From: Balanoglossus misakiensis
Lineage: Eukaryota > Animalia > Hemichordata
Length of the DNA: 64,000 bases
NCBI GenBank assembly: GCA_040954595.2
Contig: CM082579.2
Coordinates: 4,894,879-4,958,878, forward strand
Direction of reading: 5' to 3'
Shown here: one piece after another, positions 50,870 through 64,000 of the stretch
Layout of the letters: every line of letters begins with the position of its first letter
Numbering within the stretch: the stretch's first letter is position 1
Program-made: the position numbers and the translations under genes
The notes under the pieces: model-generated
The model's input: the letters and a program-made list of their open reading frames with translations, nothing else
The model's database searches: none
Told to the model about the DNA's origin: nothing

Positions 50870-53800
50870 CTATCTCTTCTTGTTGATGAGACTTTGTTGC
50901 ACACTAAGTTCCTTCTGCCGACATTTCTTCAATTTGCTGTCGTGTGATCTGAACATGGCCTCCATTGCTGCAGAAAAACAAGGTTTTACATGAGTAAAGG
51001 TTTTCATAATTTGGACAGATACTAGAAGGTATTTCACATAACATACAGCCAACAACAGCAAACAGGGGAAAATAAAAACATTGCATTCAAAAGTACCGGT
51101 ACACAAATAGGTGTATTTTATTAGCACCTTTATTCTCTCTCTGGAGCTGTCCACCCATCCTACTCAAGTTCTTCATCTTCAACTCAAGTCTTTTGATGCA
51201 CTCATCGGCTGCGTCTTTGCTGACTGAGCTTTTATCTGGGAAGAGACAAGGATGTATGGATACAGTTGTTAAAATGGGCAAAACAGGATTTGAAAGCAGT
51301 GTTTGGCAAATCCTTGGTACAATTTGCTGACAATGATGCATATGTGTCTATACTACTACAGACCCTCTATGGCCGTGATACCACCATACCTCAAGAGACT
51401 AGTACAGGAAAGGTTCTCTACTCTAGATCTAGACCTAGCCTGATATGTACAATGTGCATAGTATTGTGAGCTGCATTGACAAGAGGGAGGTCTGTGAATC
51501 ACAACTAAAACATGTTATCTGACCTTTGACTTTCTTATTTTTGGATTTCTTGTTTGTGGCCACCTTTGCCACGGTCGCCGACTTCTTGGTCACTTTGTCA
51601 CTGAGAGACACAGAGCTGGGATCACTGAGCAAGCTATCAATTTCCGATCCAGAGCTGTCAATCACACGGTCTCTTCTCACTTCTTTTATTGCCACTGTCT
51701 CTGAGTGGCTGGTCGGTGAGGTCAGGAGGTAGCTGACCGGCGAGGAGGCTCTTGTTGAGTTGTTAGGAGACGTGAAAGAAACGGACGGAGGCTGCCGGTA
51801 GTGGCCAGTGGTGGTTGGCTTTTTGATGGATGGAGTGTACGATGCAGAAGGGTCATATCCTGATAATTAAACGGTGTAACAGAAAGTTAGCCAAAATTTT
51901 ACATACTCCAGATTTTTTCTCTGAGCACTACAAACAGAGCTAGATTCCGAACAGTACAGATCTCCAATGTTACACAGTAAAATAACACATTCTAAGGAAA
52001 CGTCTTACGCATACCTAGACTCCGGCCAGTACTAACAGAAGACATCCTATACGTCGGCTGGCTGTACATGGTTGCCGTGGACGGAGAAAAGCTGGTCGCA
52101 GAAGAGAAGTACGAAGGAGTGATGCCGGTTGAGCACGTCATGCTCTGATCGGCCTCTGCATCGGTGAAACTGTCGGGCTCCGTTGTCTGAGACTTTGGGC
52201 TGCAAACAAGAAGTTGATGTTAGACATGAACCAGTACTGTGATGTCTGATGGTACCGGTACATGCTGGTCATCTGAATGAAAAAACATCTCCAGACTGAC
52301 ACACATACACATAAAGTACAGTCCCAACTTTCCCTTTGATGACACAATCACAAATTAAAACCAAGCAGAACTGACAGCCATTACCTTTGTTCCAAGCCGC
52401 CACTGGTAAGTTTCGTTGGCGGTGAGGCCTGGGTTTGGGGAAGTGGTTCCTGGTGCCTTTGCTGGCCCTGAGCAATCAGCGTTCTCATTTCACTCAGAAG
52501 TCGTTTCAGGTCTTGGCCCACTTCACTGAACACAGCCAGCTTCTGTATGTGGTCCTATTTGTAAGAATAATGTCAGATTAATGGCATTGGAATTTTGTCG
52601 CATAGCAGAGTGTGAAGTTTGAATCTGATGATCGATCTCTCTCACCTCAGTAGGTTTCTGTGCCACATTGGTCTCTCCAACAGTTGATGTCTGAGTCATC
52701 TGTGTGTTCTTGCCCACCACTGCAGACTCTGCAGACGGGGCCGACACATTGACAGATACATTTTCAGGCAAGCTTGTGTGTTGCTGCTGTTGTTGCTGTA
52801 TTTGTGGTGGTTGCTGTTGAACCTGGCTGTGGTTTGTCTGCTGCAAGAGTGCCGTAGAGTTCGCTGTCACGCCACCAAGGGGCCTGGATGTCAGGAGGGA
52901 AACACTCTTTCTGATGGTCTTGGCGCTATTCACGTGCTGTATCTCCTGAAACAGTGATTCAAAATAATTTCATTAGCGTCACCTTGCACTTTTGTCTGCC
53001 TTTATCCTTAACCTTTCGTTTCCTGTTGTAATTGTGTATTAAAGGCAAAGTAGCCAGTTATTTTTGACAGCTGCCAGCTCTTATCAACAACCCAGCAACA
53101 TCATTCAGGTTCTAGGAACACCATGTCACACAGACATATTTGCATGAACACTTTCCCTCAAAGAGAACAACACTGACACACACAACTACCTTGAGTTCCA
53201 GTTGATGTTTGAGTCTCAGCCTGGCAATGTCTTGTTCCTGTTGTTCAACCAGTGCCTGGGCTGCTGCATGTTTCACTGCTGCCTGTGGATGCAGGTAGAA
53301 ATTTAGTATTACTATGTGTAAAAACAATGGTCAAAGCAGGGTTAGGCTGGGCTAGGCCACATATTGAGTTTAACTGGGAATAGCATGGCACTAGATGATG
53401 CAGACTGAAAGATTCAGTAATTTTGTATTGAAAAATAAACAGTCCAGCATAGTACTTGTTATGCACTGTCAACGCAATGTAAGACTGCCCTTACTTTTTC
53501 AAGGGCAGCTTCCAGCTTGGTGATAAGTTTCTTCTGTTCTTTGCTCTTGTCCAGAAAAGACTGCACTTCCTTTTCCACCTTCTCGTTCTGCAATTCAAGC
53601 TTGTTGAATTTGGTGGCCAGTTTACCCTTCTCCTCTTTGAGGGAAGTGCTCTCCTTGACAGCCAAATTGAGATGCTCTTCTAACCAGTGTATCTTGCTCT
53701 GCAGTGTGTCAATTTGTCCACGCTTAGCTGTCACTTCTTTCTGCATGCTCTCCGCCACCTGAACAGCTGTGGAAACAAACAGTGGGAGACTGAATTACTT

Positions 53801-56800
53801 CACAGTGTGATACAGAGGGGAAGTTTCTATGCAATTTAGAAATCTTACCCAGCTTCATGTTTTGTTTATAGTGGTTGTATGAAAGCCAAGATTTCATCAG
53901 CAGGGTGATCAACAAAAAGATTTACCTTTTCCATCAACAGCATCTCTTGCCTTCAGCGCCCGGTACGCCATATCCCAGTCGCTCTCTATCGAGTGCAGTT
54001 TGGTCACCAATCTCTTCATCTCCTTATCGTTCTCCGCTCCCATCTTTTCGAGTTCTTCCCTCATCTGATCGTTCTCCTGGGTGAGCTTGGCGACCTGGTG
54101 CCGCGACTCCTTCAACTCGGACAGCATTTCGTCCTTCTGCCCGGTCACCTCGGCCAGGTCTTTTGCCTTCTCCTCCGCGTCCTGGGCCAGCTTTCCCCTC
54201 TCCTCTTCCAGCGTGTGGACTCGCTTTTCCCGGATTTTCAGCTTCTTGGCAGTGTCGTCCCTGGACGCGGTGGCCTCCTCCAGTTCCCTGATCTTGGCGG
54301 TCAGCGCCGCCTGCAGGTTTTCCTTCTCCGTCTTGTAGTCGTGGCTGGTCTTGTTGGTCATCTCCACCACCTGGGTCATGTTGACGCTCTGCTCGTGTAG
54401 GGCTGCCAGGTTCCTCCCCCTCTCCTCCAGCTGCACGGCCAGCTTTCCCTTCTCCGCCCGCGCCTCCTCCAGCTCCTTGTTCCTCTCCTCCAGTAACCCC
54501 AGATAGTGATCTCTCTCCCCGGTCACCCTCGCGACCTCTCTCACCTTCCCTTCCAGCGCCGTCTCAAACTCCGATCTCTCTTTCGTCACGCACTGCAGTC
54601 GGTTTGTCGTCTCTTCGTGATTCACACTCAAATCGTCTTTCTGCTTCTGAAGGTTTTCGAGCTCAGTCCTCTTCAGTTCCAGTTCAAGCAGCATCTTCTC
54701 GTATTTTATGTTCTGGCCACTCAGCTGCGAGGACAGTTCCTGTATTCTCTGATCGGCCCTGGATCTCTCCTCTTTCTCTATCTTTTCAATCTGTAACAGA
54801 CACAATGATTGGCTGAGATTGAATGACATCACACATATGATCTCCCAGTAAGTCATAAACAGCATCACTGTATCTGTTCGTAGACAATAGATCTGGATGC
54901 TCCACTCTCAAAACATACCTGAACCTATCTATGTACCCACATTCCATGCCACACTATCAGAATTTCACTGGGGTCAAAAGGACTGCATAATGCAGGCAGC
55001 CCACTCACCTCTTCATGCAAATGTCTCTTCGCTTCCGTCTTGATATCGTCAACCTGTTGTTGAAGTCTCTCAATCTCAGTCACTTTGCTGTCTCGGTCGT
55101 ACTGCAGCTCCGTCAGTTTCTTGCCGTTCTCTTCGTCTCTGATCCACAGCTTCCCGTTCTGCTCCTTCTCGGATTCAAGTTCCGCCTGACACTTGGACAG
55201 TTTTTGCTGTGAGATTTGGCAAACATCGGAAAGGAGGTTTTAGCACTGTCTTTTTTTTTTCATACACTCAAATTCCCGAGAACAGGTTTAAGAAGCATCA
55301 GAGAATTCCCATTACCTTTGTATCTTGACAGTCCGATTCCAAGTCTTTCGTCGCCGCCAGCAACCTGTCACGCTCGTTCCTCATGGCTGTCAGCTCTGAC
55401 TTGGTGTCCTGGACGCTGTACTCCAGTGTTTGTTGTTTCTCTTCTCCACTTCTTCTCAGCTCATCACACTGCTGCCTGGCGGCGCTCAACTTGCTCTCCA
55501 GATCTTTGATGTGTTTCTCCTTGTCCTCCAGCTGCTTGTCTGTCTGCTCTCTGAGCACAAGAAAATACACCACACACTCTGTAAATGTTCTCTTGTGCAA
55601 GAGCTTTCAGTACGCAGAAAGTGCTTGTGAAAAAAAGATCTGAACTAAAATAAATACAGCTGTACTTGACTAAAAATAACAAAACTTGCACATGTGAAAA
55701 AGTACAATAATACTCACTGAAGTAGACTGAGTTGTGATTGCAGACTGGCCGCCTGCTTCCTTGCGTTGTTTGATCTCTCAGTCAGAGACTCCACCTGTTT
55801 CTCATGGTCTTCTGTCATCTGCTCTATCCTACAAGATCAAAATTTCATCACCTGGTTAATTGACATTATTACGGAAGAAGGGGTGGTCTAGAGAGACACA
55901 GAGACAGCTATAATCAGTTTCCCCTTTCTAGAAAGATCCGACTATCACTTCAACGCTGTCTACTTTGTGCACAACGACAAAAAAGAACTCTCACTACCTT
56001 TGTTGGTAGTCTCCCACTGTGCTCTTCTGTTTCTGCTCCGACGTCATCCGAATCTCTTCCAGGTCGGTCTCCAGCTGCTGCAGCTTGTGCTTGGTGACCT
56101 TCAGTTCATTCTCGTTGTCCTGGAAGCACCTCTGCAGGAGGTGGACCAGCATTCCGGGACTCTGCTCAACCAGGTTTTCCGTGTTCAGGGAGGTGTTCCT
56201 GCCCCTCTTTTCCTCCTCGGAGACGAGGGTTCCCTTGAGTTGACTGAGAGCCGAGTTGGCGGCCTGCAGGTTCTGCTGCATCAGCTCCATTCTTGTGTTC
56301 AGGTCGATCAGTGCCTGCATAAAACAGTGACAGTTATAAAACAGTGGGCTCTTTCAAACCTGGCATTAATTTGTCCACACTATGATTATACATTATGGAT
56401 TCTTTTTGGAACACATAATTGTCGATGTTGTATGATTCATAAGAAACATAAAATACCAACCTCTTCTTGGTCTTTATTGTGCAAGTCCAACTCTCTGACA
56501 TTATTCTGAAGTTGATTAATCATTCTTTCTTGTCCAATGGCTTCTTTTCTCCTGAAAAGTGATCACAAAATTCAACACATGCAGTACTCCATCAACACAC
56601 TTATAAAACAGCATGTCTATTCAGTACATCATACAGCTTACCTCAGATCAAGCACAGAGTCCCTCCCGATGACAGTTTCATTGAGTTTGGTCTGCAAGTC
56701 TTCAATGGAGTGTCTGAAATGTCGTCTTTGCTGTTCTGAAATCTCCTGACACTGAAAAATCAGACGAATTCTTTGTTATTTTGCTGACAGAGCTTCATTT

Positions 56801-58241
56801 GGTTGTCATTGCCTTGACCTGTGCAATTTACAAGTAGTGAACATACAGTACTCACACACAGACACAAATACCTGTACAAACACACCTCTTTGAGTTTTTC
56901 TTCAAGCTGGGCCACTGTAGCCTGTGATTCGTGCAACCGTCTCTCCATTGAAGCCCTGTAGGATGCAAATTATGACAGGTGTCAGATTGAACCAAAGAGC
57001 CATCACCGATGCAGGTTATTATCATCGCTATCATTCACGACTTAAATAAAAATTTCTTCTTCACATTATCAAATTCAGTTCAACTATTTATGTTATTGTG
57101 TGTGTGCATGCATGTTCATAGTGAAGATTTTTCCTCTTCTGATGCAAACACAAGCCAGAGAAAATACTCACTCATTGGAATAGTCATACGATTGTCTGAG
57201 GCTATCAATGCTGACGCCCGGCAAGGCTGTGGCCGCATCACTTCTGCGCAGTGTGGCGGACATGGATGGAAGCTTGGGAAAGTCAACCCTTGATGAGAGA
57301 GGGTAGGACGGCAGAGGGGTGTCGACAATTTCACTCCTTAGCCGCTTGTTCTCCTCTGTTTGCCTTTCAAGTTGTTTTCTGCAGTGGACGGTGGGTTTAA
57401 AAATACACAAGAATTAATCCATGTTTCTCAAGATACACGAAGACAGCACCAACATGGTTCTCCAGAATATGAGCGTTAGGAAGACAACAACTGCCCCATT
57501 TATTTACATAATGTATGCTTTTATTTGATTAGCAATATTGACACAACACATACCTCAAATTTGACACTGTACTTCTATCTTCTGAAAGGCTGGACAGTGC
57601 AGCAAGAGGATGTGAAACTGTTGGCAGGACAAAATCGTCTTCTTGCTGTGAAGAAAACAATAATTTCCAACATTACAAATTCACCACCCTGACACTGAAG
57701 ACAGAACTGAAGAAGATGACAAATACCATCAAAATTTTGTTGTGCATCTAATTCTTCGACCAGATTCCTTCTTGATTGGAGGGAAAGTTGTCGGGGGAAT
57801 AAAATCCTACCTGTTGCTTTCTCAGCTCAGCTTTCAAGGTGTTCATCTGTGCTGTGGTTTTACCGAGCTCTTTCTGAAAACTTTTCAACTTGCCAACCTA
57901 TTTTCATCAAAAAATGTAGAAATTAGGGATATGTACAGGACTATACAATAGTCCAAATAATCTCCAAATGTAATGTCAACAGGCCTCCAGATCTGTTTAT
58001 ATTGGCTACTGGCATTTGTCAACCAGTACTGAGAAGTCTGTTATTTCAGCACTGACTTAACATGTCCATGTTGAGACTTCAGCAGTTACTCACTGACCTG
58101 TTCATTCATGTCACTCTTCATTGCATCCAGGTCACTGTGTACTCTACTGGTTAGATCCAAACTGACTGAACTGCTGGCTCTGATCTGATGTCCGATGCCT
58201 TGATCACCACCACCTGATGAAACAGTGAACAATGTGTCATT

Positions 58242-58273
<32 letters not shown>

Positions 58274-59323
58274 ATCACATTCACATCTACTTCAAATTGG
58301 GACTAGCAAGCACAGGTGTGTCTAGCTCTTTTGCCTTGTGGGTGATTGATTTTTCACTGTCAATGTTTACCCATTTGGAGATAGCTTTATTTTGTTGGAA
58401 CACTGCCAACAGTGTCTAGAGCAATGAAGATGTGTAGAAGTACCCCCATTCAATTACCACAGTGACACTACAAGTACTAGTATGAACTATGATAAATATA
58501 CTGATGACATTGGTATTTGAAACGTACATGTGTTTGTACGCATTGGGTTTAGTCGGGGACTATGTGTTAAACATGGGGTTTCGTTTGAAGATTCTGTTGC
58601 TTCTCAGGCTGAAAAGGCGAAACCCAAAACCGATCTATCACCCGATCTTTTGGCGTGAACAAAATAGGCGGACTGGGCGCACATTCAAAAGTATCTCCCA
58701 CCGTGACTGTCTTTTGAATAACTCTTCGTGAGTTTTGTGGGTCAAATAAAACAAGAAATCTACGTGCGTGTTTCGGGTACAGGCGAAACACGGAGACAGA
58801 CAAACACGGGACAATAAGAAGAAGTGGTCAGATCTTCACAATATTATCATCATCACTGTGCTATAAAATACAGCAAAAGGGGCGTGTTGTAACATGTTTG
58901 CCAAGGTTGACCGATCTAGTTTTAAATTCTCCGCCGCCAACGGATAAACTGCTGTAAGCAGGGCGGGGTGTTCTAAAGCAAAAACAAAAAATTAAAAAGT
59001 ATATAGAAACAGGAAAGGTAAACATCCATTATGCACTGAATACGGATGCAAAGATGCTTCCCCAGTCAAATGTATGTACACTCACCGTCTGCTGCGTTGC
59101 CATCATCGTTGGCGTCGGTGGCAACATCACTGGTCAAGTCAGGTAAACTGCACGAGGATTGAAGACGCTTGCCCATTATCTCCAGCTGTCGAATCTGTTC
59201 TCTATAGTCGGTGCTACTCTGACGTTTCTTTGACTTCTCGGACGGAGTCTTGCTTTTAGTCTTACCATCGTTCACCGAAGCTGGTGCAGCAGTCGCCATT
59301 TTCTGTGACCTGGGGTCATCCAT
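50870..59323 (-). CDS. CCDC158: Coiled-coil domain-containing protein 158 homolog, multi-exon
   Basis: HSIEDLQTKLNETVIGRD, IEQMTEDHEKQVESLTERSNNARKQA, MQKEVTAKRGQIDTLQSKIHWLEE and QEQDIARLRLKHQLELK match recalled CCDC158 blocks; first exon (MDDPRSQK, 59323) is tentative. Confidence 0.85.
58242..58273. repeat. (TTG)n microsatellite in a CCDC158 intron
   Basis: Read directly from sequence. Confidence 0.9.
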
Positions 59324-60022
59324 TTGACCGACGACCAGACGTTACGGGAACATGTGAAATTATTTTCCCAAACACGACAAAACCAAAACACACCAACCCG
59401 AAATATTTACGCCTTGAGTAGCCCGATTCTTAGGAAAACCATTCAGTGAAAGCGACAGGGTTAAAACTTTACACTACTCGAAAATATCATAAAAAACAGC
59501 AATGTTTACAATCACCAACGTCCGTATGAACTGTCAGGTGATAGCACTAAGCGCATGCGTAGTATTTCAAAAAGTTTTCCAACAGTTGACCAATCGGTGG
59601 CGTTGTTCTCTCTGTGCAGAAGATTATGATATGATAGCAGACAGCTTTTTAGAACAAAGCAAAAGTAAACGAGGTGTAAACTGCAACGACTGTAAACAAA
59701 ATCGGACAAATACCATAAACTACAATTATTGTCCCCTTTTACAAGAAAACTTTACTACAGAATCAATGGAAAGTGATAGAAGCTGTAACTTGCGAGTATC
59801 GTTTTTTTTATTGTCGGCTGCTGTCTATCTGCGTCCTGGAGATTCGCATAAATATATTTCGAACCATGCGACTGTGATTCGAACTTTAACGCGTGCATAT
59901 TGCCATTGAACGAATAAAATTCATTCTGGAATGTTTCGCCAGCCTCTCTCATCGGACGCGGACGCGAAATAAAAACGATTGAAACAATACGTAGAATTTG
60001 AAGAGGTTTCAGAAAGTCCGAA

Positions 60023-60553
60023 ATGGCCTCAGCAGAACGAATTGCTCCATATTTGTCGACCACGACGAAAAGTATCTCAGTGTGTGTCTCATCTCAGAGC
60101 AGTGGCAGCGGAGATGATCGAGTGCCGCTACCAAAGCAATGGACCCTCGTCAACGAATGCTACATGGAGAGACGAGAACCATTTGAGGTGAGATACATTT
60201 CTATAGACTGTGGTTCTACTACTACCATCTTTATCGATACATCATTACACTTCATATTTCCTTTTGGGTGTAATTTCAGATATTCCGGTCCGGTGTGAAA
60301 CATCAAATAGCAAACATTGGAAGGAAACTGGTAGGTATTGGAGGATCCCAAGTCTTATAATATATGTACATCCATTTTTATTGTGTATTTCTCATTTGAA
60401 TTTTTTCACATTGCACTTCAGAGCCAATCTTTGGTGGAGTTCACCGATCTGAATTCGATCATGCCGCCTGAATCCGACTCTGGTGATGAAGAACCGAAGG
60501 AAGCTCCTGCGTCTAGTAATGGAAGCCAAAAAAGTCCAAGAACGAAAACATGA
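60023..60553 (+). CDS. Small unknown 3-exon protein (~115 aa)
   Basis: Exons 60023-60187, 60280-60330 and 60422-60553 joined by two ~90-nt phase-0 GT-AG introns into one open frame; no family recognised. Confidence 0.6.
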
Positions 60554-62359
60554 CACAACTGACCACATTCGGACTTATTTATAGAACTAACTGACAACTT
60601 CATGACTGAGGATATTGAAATTTGAGTCATTTTTGGTTTTCATTTAGTCAATTATATTTGTCAAAAGTTTCATGGAAAGGAAATGTTAATTAAAGTTATA
60701 TGAATAGAAATGATGTACGTGTCTAGTTGCAATTTGGCGATAAAACTGGTAGCCTAGACCACAGGAATGCCCAGTTTGCCTCAAAATGATTCAAGACCGA
60801 GCACACAATATACTTCATCTGCAGTCAATTTCCTTTTTAATGCTAATAATGAAATACAATAAAGTAACATCTCTGAGTAACACAAATAAATGGAAATGAA
60901 TTCAAACAGAATTGTGTAAATACAAATAAAGATCATGGGAAAAGAAATTGTACTTACAGAATCACAAAAACGTTTAATTTGAAAAAAAAAAATGCCACAG
61001 AATTCATGGCATGCTTCCTACATAAATAGGCTGAATTATTAAATAAAATACAAAACAGTGACTCCACATAATTTTGATGAGCAATCACGTTTCAACAAAA
61101 GAATTTGTTTCATTTAGTTCATTAGACAGAATTTTCACCAATATGGTTAAAAAAACCAACTTAACTTCCCTATCTCTCTAATATTGTAAATGCAAAAACT
61201 CCCACTCATTTTTGTCGAAACTCAAAACGCACACATGATGCATTTTGAACCCCTTCGCATTATTATCTTACAAACCCAGCATTGGGTAGAGTAATTTTAG
61301 AAGCTAGAACAGTAACATTAACATACAATACAAAAAGTGTAGACATCCACAAAACAATTTTTACGGCAGATCCTACATGTCACCCATGCTCCCCTACACA
61401 CACTATTGGTATATGCATATATATTTACCGTTATCTCACACATAGTACCACTTGAAAGAAGTAGCGATGGTATTCAATGCTTTATACAATAGACTAAGAA
61501 TGACCCAGGGCCAATTACATGTACTGAACTCGAGCAATAGTAAGTGGTAGCCATGATTTCATAAGAATACACATATTTTACATGTGGCAAGAAGCAAGAT
61601 AGACACCCCGAAATTTCCACACATGTCACAGTACAGTTCTCAGTGCATATCAACTGTATGGAGGAAAGTCAGAACATGGTTATAAGAAAAGTAAAGGACT
61701 TCTGTTCTTTGATAAGGAAACTGCTTCAAGACAGTGACAAGGTGAAGTCCAAACAAATACCATGACAATGTAACACACTGTATCAAGCAGCTGATACAAC
61801 TACACTACGCAGAAAATAAACATTCACCTGACCAAACCTTGGGATTAAAACTCATCCCTTTACCCTCAAACCTAATTAGCAAGGCAAAAAAAAATCTATT
61901 TAGCAAAAATGTTTCATTGATGTAAATTTGCAAGAATGTGTAATGTCTCTATGTGTCCACGAAATCACATAAGCCTTGCAAGCACGAAAACACATGCTTC
62001 ATTGTACAATCTATTGTTGCATTTGTGCATGCACTATGTTGTAGTAGTTCAAATTCAGGGTCACAGGAGTATTATTTTCTTCTCCTGTAATTTCCTAGGA
62101 GAGTCTGTAAAAACCTTCATAATTTGGGTGAATTTTTGGTCACAGTCTGCAATTTGAGACAAATTTTGGTCATGGCAAGGAACGGGCCATCAACACATCA
62201 GCTTGCAGCAGTTAAATTGAACAAAAAGGAGACTGCATGATGGTGATACAGCTTGATTCCCAATCTTCAGCGTCTGACCATCTCGGTCTCCACAGTCACA
62301 ATTTGAATCAGATTCATTTTCTGATTACACATGATCGTCAATAAATTCCAAGTGACCAT

Positions 62360-64000
62360 TTAATCTGAATCAGGTTCAGTGTCGGACTCCACGCTGTCGA
62401 TGTCCTCGTCGTCACTCTCGTCCGAGGTGTCATCGCCCACCGGCTCGCCAGAGAGGGCGATCCTGGCATAGTCGTCGGTGTCGATGGACTTGCAGAAGTG
62501 GATGGCGTATTTGAGCTTTTCGCGCAGCACTTCCTTGCAGGAATACCTGGGCATCTTCAGGAGGAAGAAGCACGTGTACGACTCGGGCAGAAAGTGATCC
62601 GGTGGGTTGTACTTGTCAAGAACCTGAAACCAAATCAAAGACAAAGTTGATTTACTCTCAAGTGAACATGCCCTTTCAAAAATTTCATTGCAGCCAACCA
62701 GAAGAAGTTGACCTGGAAATGATCGACCCACCTGCAGCACGAAGTCCCTGCCCCTGAAGTCGGCGATGGTGCGCGGCAGACGAGTTCGCCCCCACACGAA
62801 GCGCAGGAAGAGGGATCGTTCAGTGTTGGAGAACTCCTCCATGACTTCCCAGAACCAGAGAACAAGAGGCGCGGAGGCATCCACACCTTTGTAGGTGGCA
62901 ACACTCTTCAGTAAGTGCAGCGGGATATCAGGACTGCCGCAGATCTATTGGCCGAAAAAAAATGTGTTAAATCTCACCATCATGAACATATTTTCACTGT
63001 CCAAGGGAACTGTGGACTGAAAGAGATGCAAAAAACACAGGCACTGTGCTTACCATGGTTTCAAGCTCATAGCCTGTGAAGAAGGACAGCAATGGTACAG
63101 GGATGACTTTAGCCATGCCCTCACGCACCCACTGGACTTGATCATCAAATTCATGCAACCTGGGGAGAAATAAAGTCATATGTGTTATTATATTCTTATT
63201 AAGAATATGTCAAATTTTCTCTAGTGTCCTCACAAACAAAAAATATCAATGAAAAGCTTCCTCACCTGTAGTTAAGAGCTGCCCTCACATATTCGTTCCT
63301 GTTCTCCAGAGTGATGCGTGAATACTTCGAACTGAGCTGCACCTCCTGTCCACTGGCACTCGGAGTGCCGAATGGCATTTCCATCTCAGCGAAGACCAAC
63401 GCCTCCATGTCGCGAATGCACATAAGCCCTGCATTGAGTCAAGACAAAGTGTACTTAAGTAGAACATTTGGATGTAACACAAGCACATGTCAACATACAG
63501 CACTATGTTGTCAAACATTAATCAAACCTTAAAACACTTACCAGGCACATAGTCCTTGTCAACTTCAGTCAAATCAGACACAGTCAAAGGCATACCAGCT
63601 AACTGTTTCCATACTGGCTCAGCCAGATTCAAACTCAGAGGACTGCCAGTACGGATGGCAATGCCCATCAGAATACCTAAAACACAAATTTTAAAAAATC
63701 AGGAAATTCAGTGCACATCTACAGGAGCTCAGACATTGTCCAATAAAGCTGTACGTAACTGCAAAAAGCAGTGATGTCTGTTGTCACTGATTCCATGAAC
63801 AAGACATGAAGCAGAATACAGTTTTGCACATGTTTTCTTTCACTGAGCCTATAGTCTGAAGGCCTGACATATTATCTACACACTCACACCCAGCCAGACA
63901 CACACACGTACATGTACACACAGAGACACACACACTTACCGAGAAACTGGAACATCTTCTTGTGTGTTTCTGTCTTGAGATGTGGGTTGAGGAGAAGACA
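62360..64000 (-). CDS. HERC2: HERC2 E3 ligase, 3' exons (HECT domain); gene continues beyond the window
   Basis: [72 protein letters not shown] and [22 protein letters not shown] match recalled HERC2 sequence. Confidence 0.97.

Noticed and set aside
59502-59909. 135-aa ORF upstream of CCDC158 on the + strand
   Set aside because: AT-rich, no homology or codon bias; lies in a probable divergent promoter region.

Overview
Gene-dense metazoan genomic DNA with short GT-AG introns, most likely an invertebrate deuterostome (hemichordate/echinoderm/amphioxus-like; inferred from gene content, not proven). The first ~20 kb is a cluster of genes with single-exon CDSs. It holds three TIR-less LRR single-pass receptors, three ectodomain-less single-pass proteins with tyrosine-motif tails whose TM segments resemble those of the LRR receptors, a TRIM2/3-like RING-Bbox-CC-filamin-NHL gene, tRNA-Gly(GCC) and a ~116-bp hairpin element. 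The rest of the window contains, in order: a multi-intron FANCF; a divergently transcribed SAM + non-RD TKL kinase with an apparently WASP-like C-terminus; a stand-alone NHL propeller gene; a sialidase; an MAO-like flavoprotein with a remodelled active site; an SLC16-like transporter; ALG8 (with a U12-type intron); CCDC158; a small unknown 3-exon gene; and the 3' end of HERC2. The best candidates for undescribed biology are (i) the LRR-receptor / transmembrane-adaptor cluster and (ii) the kinase-WASP-like fusion. Gene models were built by eye from splice signals and reading-frame continuity, and homologies come from recalled family motifs, not database searches.
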